From a virus, in UHGV virus genome UHGV-0386856: a stretch of 39,370 bases of DNA; one strand, 5' to 3'. A program made the translations under genes and the position numbers. Position 1 is the stretch's first letter, and the number at the start of each line of letters is the position of its first letter. Under the pieces are notes generated by a model. That model was given only the letters and a program-made list of their open reading frames with translations, was not told where the DNA came from and did no database searches. Of the stretch, positions 17,877 through 26,084 are shown in pieces.

Positions 17877-18287
17877 CTACATCATCAGCTCTCTCTTCTT
17901 CGCTTCTTCCTCTTCCATTCTCTGTTTCTCTTTCTCCACAGCGTCCACGATCTCGTCCGTAGCTTTTTTCGTAGCATTGGCACTCTTCAAGAAACCCATT
18001 ACTGTTTCTGTAAGTTCATCAATATCTGTGTCCTCATCGTCGATATACTCATCCAAAAGGCCTCTTGTCACTCTCGGATTCTGCCCTTTATTCGCAACAT
18101 CAAGAATGTTTACCAACGCATCCGGATCACCATTTATTAAGTTCATAAGCGCATACCGGAATCCTACGTCTTTTTTTACTCCCGGCAATCCATCCACAGG
18201 CATATTTGTCTGCTTGTTGATTTCTCTCAAAAATCCCATTCCAAATTTAAACTGGTACACCTGTCCGTTAATTGTTAATTCCATCAT
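17877..18287 (-). CDS. Tail assembly chaperone G
   Basis: Position between major tail and TMP; acidic C-terminus; ATG ATG at 18287 with RBS GGAGGT. Confidence 0.75.
   Translation of the reverse strand: MMELTINGQVYQFKFGMGFLREINKQTNMPVDGLPGVKKDVGFRYALMNLINGDPDALVNILDVANKGQNPRVTRGLLDEYIDDEDTDIDELTETVMGFLKSANATKKATDEIVDAVEKEKQRMEEEEAKKRELMM
17963..17969 (-). other. Candidate slippery run AAAAAAG in the G ORF upstream of the G/GT overlap
   Basis: Minus-strand A6G; the -1 frame is open from here through the T segment; the 0-frame register (AAA AAA G) is non-canonical. Confidence 0.3.
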
Positions 18288-18400
18288 ATTTTTTACCTCC
18301 ATTAAAAGAGAGCGGTCTTACCGCCCCCTATGTACGCAATCGTCGTTTTTCGCCTTACAAATTCTCCCTCTACTAATCAAGGCAGTATCACCAGAGGGGT

Positions 18401-18925
18401 TTACATTTCCTGTGTCGTATCCTTAAATACATAAGCTGCTACTTCCTGCTGCTGTGCAGTCACAGTAACATCCCCTCGTTTTCCGGAGCCGTTAACACCA
18501 AAAGTAAGAGACACCTCTACATTTTCATCTGCCGAGGATGTGATCTCAAATTCCGTGAGATATCCCTGGAAATACATGCCCTTGAACTTATTCGGACCAG
18601 GTTCTGCCGGATCCTCAAGGTTTGCTTCCCAGATTTCAAGCAACTCATCCGAATCCATTGCGTCCTCTAACTCAGAGATTAACTTATCTTTCTTCGCAAG
18701 GATAGCAGTAGCTGTGATTTCTGTTTCCGCAGCCCCAGGTGTGCGAATCGTTCCATCCTTCGTTGCTGTAGAGTCTGCATCCTTGCTTTTTGTTCTTCCA
18801 TTTTCTGTCGTAAACGCAAGATTTTTCGCAGCCTCTTCTTTTGCTTTTCCTGCAAGTCGGTACAAATAGACAATTTTCTTGCCAGATACCGCCTCTGCAA
18901 ATAACTGTAAACCTGTCTTAAACAT
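18401..18925 (-). CDS. Major tail protein (174 aa) with N-terminal GLQLF-AE motif
   Basis: Position upstream of the G/GT chaperones; RBS AGAGGAGAAAAAGCATG. Confidence 0.7.
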   Translation of the reverse strand: MFKTGLQLFAEAVSGKKIVYLYRLAGKAKEEAAKNLAFTTENGRTKSKDADSTATKDGTIRTPGAAETEITATAILAKKDKLISELEDAMDSDELLEIWEANLEDPAEPGPNKFKGMYFQGYLTEFEITSSADENVEVSLTFGVNGSGKRGDVTVTAQQQEVAAYVFKDTTQEM

Positions 18926-18941
18926 GCTTTTTCTCCTCTCT

Positions 18942-19325
18942 CTAACTAAAACTAAATTCTATTTCCAGCAACCCGTGTAAAAGAGGCTGCTTTGTTGTTG
19001 TGTCCGGTAAAATTCTTTGGTTTACATTCCGGACATTCCATGCAAAATTTTCTGTATGATCCAGTTTTCTGCATGTAGTTTTGATCGCCAACAGCATTTT
19101 TGATACCGTTCCTCTCTGTCTTGGATTGTTGTGCCATATATGGATTGTCTGATGGACACTTCCAAAGACAGCGGTTTTATTGGCATCATCTATCTGGTGG
19201 TTGTCTGCGAGATAAACAAAAGGATACGGCGTACCATCCGGCGGTAAGAAGCCGTCATATACGTCATATCCTATTTTTTTAATCTCTGTAAGTAATTCTG
19301 TAAATAATTCTTGCTGTGGATCCAT
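18942..19325 (-). CDS. Tail completion/terminator-like protein (127 aa)
   Basis: Synteny between the HK97 gp10-like and major tail genes. Confidence 0.55.
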   Translation of the reverse strand: MDPQQELFTELLTEIKKIGYDVYDGFLPPDGTPYPFVYLADNHQIDDANKTAVFGSVHQTIHIWHNNPRQRGTVSKMLLAIKTTCRKLDHTENFAWNVRNVNQRILPDTTTKQPLLHGLLEIEFSFS

Positions 19326-19328
19326 GTC

Positions 19329-19664
19329 TCACCTCACAAGCTTTTGCAAATCTTTTTCAAACTGTTTCTTCTGCTCCTCAAATGCGGGTTTTAAATACGG
19401 CTGCGCTTCCATGAATCGTGTTCCGAGTTCCACATATGGAGCATACTCCGCAGTAGGTTCCACAGTCGCAGTCATCCCATTATCTGACAAATCAAGACCT
19501 ATACTCCGCTTCAAAGTCCCGGTATCAACCGACGCATTTCTCTGTGATTTTGCTTGCATATCAGCTCCGTTTTTTCGGACAACTGTCTTAACTGCATTCA
19601 GATCCATTCTTTTCTTCAAACCTTTATCCAGCTTTGCGATTCCTTTAAATTTAATACCTGCCAT
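19329..19664 (-). CDS. HK97 gp10-family tail component (111 aa)
   Basis: DTGTLKRSI...ATVEPTAEYAPYVELGT resembles HK97 gp10 family; ATG at 19664 overlaps the upstream stop (TGATG). Confidence 0.65.
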   Translation of the reverse strand: MAGIKFKGIAKLDKGLKKRMDLNAVKTVVRKNGADMQAKSQRNASVDTGTLKRSIGLDLSDNGMTATVEPTAEYAPYVELGTRFMEAQPYLKPAFEEQKKQFEKDLQKLVR

Positions 19665-19966
19665 CACTGCACTTCCGACACCACAAACACATGCTTTGTT
19701 CGAAGTTTCCACTCAAAATCCACTCTGTATAAGGCGTTTCCTATCCGAATACGATCAAACGGCTTTTTGTAATGCGTCTGTATCCGCACCGTCTTGCTTC
19801 CCTGCTTTATGGATCCGTATACAAGGTTCATTGTCTCTGTGCCGGTATCTGTCACACTGGCGTATATTTTCTCTTCTGAGACTATATCATCTCCATAATC
19901 CCCAGTAGCTTCGTCATACTCCCCAGGTACGATCGACTGAAAGAAAACTTCTGTATCACACCTCAA
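19664..19966 (-). CDS. Head-tail joining / head closure protein (about 100 aa)
   Basis: Size and synteny; TTG start overlapping the upstream stop. Confidence 0.55.
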   Translation of the reverse strand: MRCDTEVFFQSIVPGEYDEATGDYGDDIVSEEKIYASVTDTGTETMNLVYGSIKQGSKTVRIQTHYKKPFDRIRIGNALYRVDFEWKLRTKHVFVVSEVQ

Positions 19967-20301
19967 ATAAATCTCACCCTTCCTCGTTTTGATTCTTTTT
20001 GTGAGTCAAGAAAAGCCTGTATTTCATTCATGAATCCATCAAAATCATTATCGTTGTAGGACATATTCTCTCCCTCAACATTGTGTGATGACATACCCTC
20101 GGAACCCAACCGATTAAACCGGATCACTGCCACTTCCAAAACAATATGATTCATTTCCGGCGGCACTTCGATTCCTCCGAGCAGGAGTTTTAACCGCCCC
20201 TGCACGGATTTAAGAATCAACTCCAGTTTCGGATCAAGAGAATCATCCTCGATCCCCAGAAGCTTTTTTAAATCATCCAGTACACTTTTCATCCTGCGCA
20301 T
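19963..20301 (-). CDS. gp6-like head-tail connector protein (Phage_connect_1-like)
   Basis: LDDLKKLLGIEDDSLDPKLELILKSVQGRL motif typical of the gp6/QLRK connector family. Confidence 0.65.
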   Translation of the reverse strand: MRRMKSVLDDLKKLLGIEDDSLDPKLELILKSVQGRLKLLLGGIEVPPEMNHIVLEVAVIRFNRLGSEGMSSHNVEGENMSYNDNDFDGFMNEIQAFLDSQKESKRGRVRFI

Positions 20302-20306
20302 ACTCT

Positions 20307-21227
20307 TTACCCCGTGATGGTTACTTTTACTACCGCCCTTTTGTTGTCATTCGGGATAAATTCTCCGGCTTTACCAGCTCCCTGCAGCGCTACACCGTCG
20401 AAATCCTCGGATTCGATTGTTCTCGCTGTGTTAATTCCGGTAAACGCTTTTGCAACTCCGGCAATATATGCATAGGCACATTCTTTAGACTGGAATAATT
20501 CATCCGGAATCTCCTCTACAAGGAATCCCTTGAACTTCACAACTTCATTGCCATCAATGTTTACAGTAGAGTTTTTAGCAGTCGTATTCAAAGGATGATC
20601 CACAACGGCATTGTACAGATCGGAACAAGCCTTAATTTTTTTTGTTCCAACTGCTTCAATATTATTGAAATACTTCGACAGCTCATTAAACAGCTTTAAT
20701 ACATTGTCTGCCGTATAATCAGTAACGCTTAAAGCTTTTCCGGAAGATGTGGAAATAAATTTTCCGTGCTGCTTGTTAAACTGCTTTGTCTTAGCCCTCG
20801 CCTGCAGTTCCAAGCGATCTGCCACTGCAACGTCAAAATCATTATTTACGGTGTGGCGGTCAATTCCCTCGTGGAAATTCCAACCCCAAGAATAATTAAC
20901 CGGTGTGTTTGTGTAGATAATTTCTTTCCTCTCTCCAAAGCGGCTAGAGTTTCCGGTGCCTGTTCCAAATGCTTTCGTAGCTGTCTTATCGTACCCAGTT
21001 CCAACCACAACCGGAATGTCTGATGTTTTTACATAAAAGGCTGTTTCATTTTCTCTGACTCCATCCAGTGCCTCAAGTTCGCCGCCGAAAAAATCCGCGA
21101 AATAAGACATCTTTTTAAATACTGCCTGCAAAAGTCTTTTAAACTCAAGCTGGTAGCTCCTTACCGGCATATCATTGTTGTCTCCTGCCGCAAATAACTG
21201 TAACATCATAAATTCTTTATTCTTCAT
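20307..21227 (-). CDS. Major capsid protein with N-terminal MMLQLF-A motif
   Basis: Size, position after the scaffold gene; ATG at 21227 with RBS AAAGGAGAA (the track's GTG at 21233 is also possible). Confidence 0.75.
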   Translation of the reverse strand: MKNKEFMMLQLFAAGDNNDMPVRSYQLEFKRLLQAVFKKMSYFADFFGGELEALDGVRENETAFYVKTSDIPVVVGTGYDKTATKAFGTGTGNSSRFGERKEIIYTNTPVNYSWGWNFHEGIDRHTVNNDFDVAVADRLELQARAKTKQFNKQHGKFISTSSGKALSVTDYTADNVLKLFNELSKYFNNIEAVGTKKIKACSDLYNAVVDHPLNTTAKNSTVNIDGNEVVKFKGFLVEEIPDELFQSKECAYAYIAGVAKAFTGINTARTIESEDFDGVALQGAGKAGEFIPNDNKRAVVKVTITG

Positions 21228-21241
21228 CTTCACATTCTCCT

Positions 21242-21856
21242 TTATTTATACTTTGCAAGTCTCTTTTCGAATTCAGACATTGGACTTCCTGAGTTCGTCA
21301 TGGTTTTTGGTGTAGATCCGGTTGCTCTGGCGATCTCGGCTTTCTTAAGCTGGGATTCCACGATTTTCATCAGAGTGTCAATTCTTGCATTGGTATCTGT
21401 TTCATCGGCGCCCACAATAAAATCAAGCACCTCTTGTGTTGCCTCAATGCCTTTTTCTGCAAGGACTACGGATGCATTTCTGCTGAGCTGATTCTTAACA
21501 GACTCTGCTTTCAGTCTCTCATTTTCTTCCTTTAACTTGTCCATATCGTACTGCTGTTTCTGCTCTGCATTCATTTTTGCAACTTTAGCTGCTTCTTCCG
21601 CTTTCTGGTCAGCATCTTCCTGCCATTTCACTTTCGCATTTCCGAGTGCTGTTTCGATTGCTTTGTTGACTCTCCGGTCAAATTCTGCTTGGTTCTTTCC
21701 ATCCTTTAAAAAGTCCTCAAACGTATTACCGGAAGTTCCCTGATCTCCCTCATTGCCCTGTGTTTCTTCGCCATTTACGCCGGATCCATTGCTTTCTGCC
21801 CCAGTTCCTTCGTCTTCGGCAAATAACTGTAATGCCATAAATTCTCTAAATTTCAT
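21242..21856 (-). CDS. Scaffold protein (coiled coil, about 204 aa) with N-terminal MALQLF-A motif
   Basis: ATG at 21856 with RBS AAAGGAAAAG; coiled-coil-rich (AEQKQQYDMDKLKEENERLKAE). Confidence 0.7.
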   Translation of the reverse strand: MKFREFMALQLFAEDEGTGAESNGSGVNGEETQGNEGDQGTSGNTFEDFLKDGKNQAEFDRRVNKAIETALGNAKVKWQEDADQKAEEAAKVAKMNAEQKQQYDMDKLKEENERLKAESVKNQLSRNASVVLAEKGIEATQEVLDFIVGADETDTNARIDTLMKIVESQLKKAEIARATGSTPKTMTNSGSPMSEFEKRLAKYK

Positions 21857-21993
21857 ATCTTTTCCTTTCTGCCCCAGTCCATCCACTGTCCAGACCGTTG
21901 CTTTAAAATAGATTGCCGGTTCTTTACCGCCTGCCGGAAAAAGGCATAAAAATAACACATATCTCTATGTGCTAATGTCTTACTTATTCGATT

Positions 21994-22092
21994 TTACAGT
22001 AACGCCTGTACCTGTTCTTTCAAACTCTCCGGTACATCATCAATTGTCAAGTGTCCACCTTTAATTCTGTTCGCCAAAAACTGTGCCATCAT
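21994..22092 (-). CDS. Small ORF (32 aa, MMAQFLANRIKGGHLTIDDVPESLKEQVQALL) filling the gap; start overlaps the upstream stop (ATGATG / TGA)
   Basis: Fills a 130-nt gap; translational-coupling geometry. Confidence 0.3.
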   Translation of the reverse strand: MMAQFLANRIKGGHLTIDDVPESLKEQVQALL

Positions 22093-22379
22093 TTCACCTC
22101 CGCTTCCATTGTTGCAAGAATAAGTTCCTGCACTGCCTGATCTGTGACTTCCTGTGCCGCCTGTGTTGCTTTTAAGTCTTTCTGCAATTTACCGTAGGCG
22201 CTCATTCCGTCATCGACTGCTTCGTATTCTTTGATTACATTTTCTTCTGTCTCTGTATAGCCAACAAAGACAAGGTTGCTAAATCCCTCTGGTTTCTCTT
22301 CCTTGAGTGGTTTGTAGCCCTCTTTTTTGATGGAACTGATTCTTACAGTTCCGTTTTCCATGATTTTTGCATAGTTCAT
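22089..22379 (-). CDS. Hypothetical protein (96 aa)
   Basis: ORF in the head module; adjacent start/stop packing. Confidence 0.55.
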   Translation of the reverse strand: MNYAKIMENGTVRISSIKKEGYKPLKEEKPEGFSNLVFVGYTETEENVIKEYEAVDDGMSAYGKLQKDLKATQAAQEVTDQAVQELILATMEAEVK

Positions 22380-22380
22380 A

Positions 22381-23940
22381 TCATATCTCCTTTCGATAGG
22401 TTACTTTAATATCGGGGTCAAGCTCCCCTCCGTCCGCTGTGATGACTGTGGTAGGGTAGTAGGCTTTTAATGCTCGGATAGCGTTTTGTTCGGATTGTGG
22501 TAGGGGGACGAATTCTGAGTTTTTCGTATGGTATAGCATTTCAATTGGATTTTCATCGATAAACTCTTTCCATTGTTCCAATGTCGTTACGTTCTCATTT
22601 GGCGCCCTGAAAAATTTATCTCCAGAGGTATAAGTAGGGTGGTCACTATAAATACATCGTTCGTTTGCGTATTTAATAACATACGCAGAATCTTGTATAT
22701 TTCTATATGTTTTACAAAAACTAGCACCTTTTCCTCCGTATGCATCAATGATAGTAGTTGCAAAATATGAATTTTCTGGTTTGTTGCTGTGCAACCACTT
22801 TATTTTAGTTCCATCGAGTATCATTTTAGAACTCTGATACAACCACCCAATCTCTCCACCCTGCTCCACGAGCTTATCCCACTTTGTGATAGGGCGGTCG
22901 GATGTGAGGGTGAGGAATTGCGGTTTCTTGTGCGGCTCATAATCCATTAGTGCCGTACCAACATTCGCTACTGCTTTTTCATAATCGGCTTTTGTTTTAT
23001 TAAGCGAAAATCTAAAATATCTACATTTGTCAGGTGTAGCGAAACATGGGTCGTACTGATTAATAAAACCAATCTTATTTTTCTCCACATCATAAAAAGA
23101 TACGGCTGTAAAATGACCTTCGACTCTACAATATGATGTTTTGGAAAAGCACGGTATAAAATCGGATAAAAGCGCATTAGCATTATTAACTATATTCCCA
23201 TTAGCGTCTAACGTCTTCCCATCTTCGCAGGCAGTAATATCAAGCAGATTTTTGCCGCTTAAAACAACTTCGATTTCATACTTCTGCGTTCCCTCATTCC
23301 ACTTCCCAGAGTTTTTGATTTCCTGCGGATATTCTGGGCTTGGAGATGGCTTGCCTCCTGTGTAGGGTTCGTATGGGATTTCTGTACTTCCTTCGGATAA
23401 AATGATATCTGCTTTCGATAGATATTCTTCTTGTAATTCTGGTGTACTATTTTTATTTAATTTGAATACAATTTGACCGCTTTCTCCTGTGACAATGGTT
23501 GCACTTTTTTTATCAGTGCTTGTGAAAAGCACAATCTTTCCATTAGCTGCAGTATTGTCATATTTTTCTTTATTGCCAATAAACATTACTGTGGCATCCA
23601 TACTTGGCGACATTCTATTTTTAAATATCGTCATACGGTATGATGTATTTGGCTTTAATTGCAGATACTTTCTCCTGTAACCAGCACCCTCATCCGCATA
23701 AGTGCTTATATCCACAAAATCCTTATAATTAAAGAGATTCAAACCTTTTGTAGAGAACTGCTCCGTCTTCCCACCAAGCTCCAACCTCTCGAGCGGCGCA
23801 TTTAAACTATTTGGCAGCACCAAAATCCCTGCGCCCTCCATTTCCACCTTATCGTAGTTTGGTGGCTGCGGCGTAGAGACTCCCAGAGGACAGATCATAT
23901 CCACTCCTATGATTCCTGTTCCGTTTACCATTTTAAGCAT
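22381..23940 (-). CDS. Large hypothetical head-module protein (519 aa), possibly a structural/decoration or carbohydrate-binding protein
   Basis: Long ORF inserted between the MuF/Prp genes and scaffold; no recognisable catalytic motif. Confidence 0.6.
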   Translation of the reverse strand: MLKMVNGTGIIGVDMICPLGVSTPQPPNYDKVEMEGAGILVLPNSLNAPLERLELGGKTEQFSTKGLNLFNYKDFVDISTYADEGAGYRRKYLQLKPNTSYRMTIFKNRMSPSMDATVMFIGNKEKYDNTAANGKIVLFTSTDKKSATIVTGESGQIVFKLNKNSTPELQEEYLSKADIILSEGSTEIPYEPYTGGKPSPSPEYPQEIKNSGKWNEGTQKYEIEVVLSGKNLLDITACEDGKTLDANGNIVNNANALLSDFIPCFSKTSYCRVEGHFTAVSFYDVEKNKIGFINQYDPCFATPDKCRYFRFSLNKTKADYEKAVANVGTALMDYEPHKKPQFLTLTSDRPITKWDKLVEQGGEIGWLYQSSKMILDGTKIKWLHSNKPENSYFATTIIDAYGGKGASFCKTYRNIQDSAYVIKYANERCIYSDHPTYTSGDKFFRAPNENVTTLEQWKEFIDENPIEMLYHTKNSEFVPLPQSEQNAIRALKAYYPTTVITADGGELDPDIKVTYRKEI

Positions 23941-24218
23941 TGTACTTCTACTCCTTTTTCGCTTGTTGCTGTGGGGATGATTTGGACGATGTTTCCATCC
24001 TTATCAAAGTACATTTTATCCCTTAGAATCACACACTGCGCTGTATTAGCGGGAATTAACATACTCTCCTCTTTTGTCGCACCATCCTTGAGACCAACAT
24101 ATACATCACCATCCGTAAAATTTTTCACAAGATATGCTCTTCCCTCATGCGCAAATTCCAGAATCAGTGCCTGCTCACTTGTTGTTGCTGCTCTGATAAA
24201 ACTCTCTGTTTTACTCAT
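23925..24218 (-). CDS. Hypothetical protein (97 aa)
   Basis: ORF with packed overlaps in the head module. Confidence 0.55.
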   Translation of the reverse strand: MSKTESFIRAATTSEQALILEFAHEGRAYLVKNFTDGDVYVGLKDGATKEESMLIPANTAQCVILRDKMYFDKDGNIVQIIPTATSEKGVEVQCLKW

Positions 24219-24222
24219 ATTC

Positions 24223-24510
24223 TCACCTCACTTTCACATATTCCGGAAATTCTTCCGCAATCAAACAGATGCCAACGAAAAAGGAATCCACCAGAGTTTT
24301 TGATTTCTCTGACAGATTCCTGTATTCTATCTCAGCCTTTCCGGGAGATATTCTGTATTCTATTTCATCATCCGTTAAGTCATCAATCGACTGGATCAGC
24401 GTCTGCGTAAGTGCTGTCACAGCTGCACACACAATATCTTTTCCGGGTTCTGCATACCCTGCGTGTCCAGAGATTTCAATACATTCTGGTCGGATTCTTA
24501 CCTCAATCAA
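24223..24510 (-). CDS. prp: Prp-like cysteine protease (ribosomal-processing protease homologue, DUF464-type), 95 aa
   Basis: SGHAGYAEPGKDIVCAAVTALTQT matches the Prp His/Cys catalytic dyad signature (GHA...G-DIVCA-VSA). Confidence 0.75.
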   Translation of the reverse strand: MIEVRIRPECIEISGHAGYAEPGKDIVCAAVTALTQTLIQSIDDLTDDEIEYRISPGKAEIEYRNLSEKSKTLVDSFFVGICLIAEEFPEYVKVR

Positions 24511-24567
24511 ATCGCATCACCTCCAAAATGGGTATAAAAATACCACCAGCCAACTCAGCCGATGGTA

Positions 24568-24807
24568 TTACATTACATCAATTTCTACTTCTTTTACTAG
24601 ATCGTTTAATGATTTTCCGCTATAAAATTTATCATTCATAACCTCATCTACATTATCATACTCTTTCGTATCATTACCATGCCACGCTTGATACGTTGGA
24701 ATGTAATCTCTGACTTCAACTGTCACTCCCGATGCCAATCCTCTATAAGAGAAAGAAATATCATTGCAACACTCAGATAAAATTTGTCTTAATTCATCTT
24801 TTTTCAT
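24568..24807 (-). CDS. Hypothetical small protein (79 aa) immediately downstream of the MuF C-terminal extension (ATGA overlap)
   Basis: Start overlaps the MuF stop; candidate immunity/partner protein. Confidence 0.55.
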   Translation of the reverse strand: MKKDELRQILSECCNDISFSYRGLASGVTVEVRDYIPTYQAWHGNDTKEYDNVDEVMNDKFYSGKSLNDLVKEVEIDVM

Positions 24808-26084
24808 AATATATCGCCATTCTCCTTTCTTTCCTCTTTGCTTAATTCGCGAGTTGTCTTATTCTTCAGTCTACCATCATCTCCCCATGTATAATCATGT
24901 ACGTGTTCCCCATGTTCTCCATAAGGGTGCTGCTTTGGATTCCCATGATCGGTTGTGTGGATATCTTTAGATTTTAATTTTGACTCTCCGTAAAAAGCTC
25001 TTACATCTACTTTCCCATCTTTTCCAATGTGATCTATTACCATTCCTGCCTCTGCCATCTTAGGAGTGCCGGAATGTCCGCTGACAGTTTTATCTGCCTT
25101 TATTATATCAAACGTAGATTTCTTTTCAACCCTCTTCTTCCAAGTTTCAAAGTTCATCCCGTGTTCGGAATACCCGTCCAGCCATTCATTATACGCCTTA
25201 TCATCCATATATGCTGCTGTACTGCACCGGCAACGTGGATGCATTGGATGTGCATTTTCTCCTGGCATCATTTTTGATACTTTAAAATGTTTTCCATCCA
25301 ACGATCTACAGATCGGACAGGCGGTAGGTTCTGCGATAAACTCATACTCATCAAATCCATTGCGGATATAAGACTGTTTCTGCGCTTCTGCCTGCACTCT
25401 CGACAGCTCCGTTATCATCAGTCGCTCTGCATTTTCCCGGCTTACTCCAAACAGTTTGGTAAGGTGCCTTGCCAGTGTTCTCGGATTCTTACCCTGTATC
25501 AAACCAGTCTGTAATAGCTTCGACAATTCAGCTTTCAGCATATCTTGATACATCCAAATACGGTCTGAGTATCTCGCATTGCGAAAAGAAGCGTTCACGG
25601 TCGAGTGTGCCATCTTCGCATTGTTTTGAATGGATTTGCCAAGAATTCCAGCCTGCCTTTCAAATTCTTCCAGTGTTTTCTCTGTCAGGATCTGGTCAAA
25701 ATACTTCTGAAGCTCATCAAATCCACCAACAAGATGCATTCCGATATTTGCTTTTAGCATTTCAAGCCTGTTAATCTTCATAGCTGCATTGTAAAGTCTC
25801 ATTTCCTCATTGGCTTCTTTTGAGAAATTCTTGTCCTTAACATACTGCGCTGCTTTCCGACTGTATGCATCAATATCCATTTTGGATACTCGCTTCTTCG
25901 CTTCTGCAATTGTGATTCCCTCTGCTTTTGCATATCGCGTGTAGAATCCATTGATCTCTTTCTGGATTTCATCCATCATGTTCGCATAGATCTTCTCAAT
26001 CTCTTTCGCGTATTCAGCTTCATCCTTGATATTCTTCTTTCGCTGCTCTTCTTCCCTATTCTTCCAGTACGTCCTGCTGCTCAT
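24804..26084 (-). CDS. Minor head protein, SPP1 gp7 / Phage_Mu_F family, with about 110-aa His-rich C-terminal extension
   Basis: NPRTLARH...ITE...CPICRSLDGK...HPRCRC MuF motifs; ATG at 26084 with RBS GGAGGTG. C-terminal tail DHGNPKQHPYGEHGEHVHDY is not part of the MuF core. Confidence 0.8.
   Translation of the reverse strand: MSSRTYWKNREEEQRKKNIKDEAEYAKEIEKIYANMMDEIQKEINGFYTRYAKAEGITIAEAKKRVSKMDIDAYSRKAAQYVKDKNFSKEANEEMRLYNAAMKINRLEMLKANIGMHLVGGFDELQKYFDQILTEKTLEEFERQAGILGKSIQNNAKMAHSTVNASFRNARYSDRIWMYQDMLKAELSKLLQTGLIQGKNPRTLARHLTKLFGVSRENAERLMITELSRVQAEAQKQSYIRNGFDEYEFIAEPTACPICRSLDGKHFKVSKMMPGENAHPMHPRCRCSTAAYMDDKAYNEWLDGYSEHGMNFETWKKRVEKKSTFDIIKADKTVSGHSGTPKMAEAGMVIDHIGKDGKVDVRAFYGESKLKSKDIHTTDHGNPKQHPYGEHGEHVHDYTWGDDGRLKNKTTRELSKEERKENGDIL

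Noticed and set aside
17977-18426. 149-aa plus-strand ORF
   Set aside because: Antisense to the G chaperone and major tail genes
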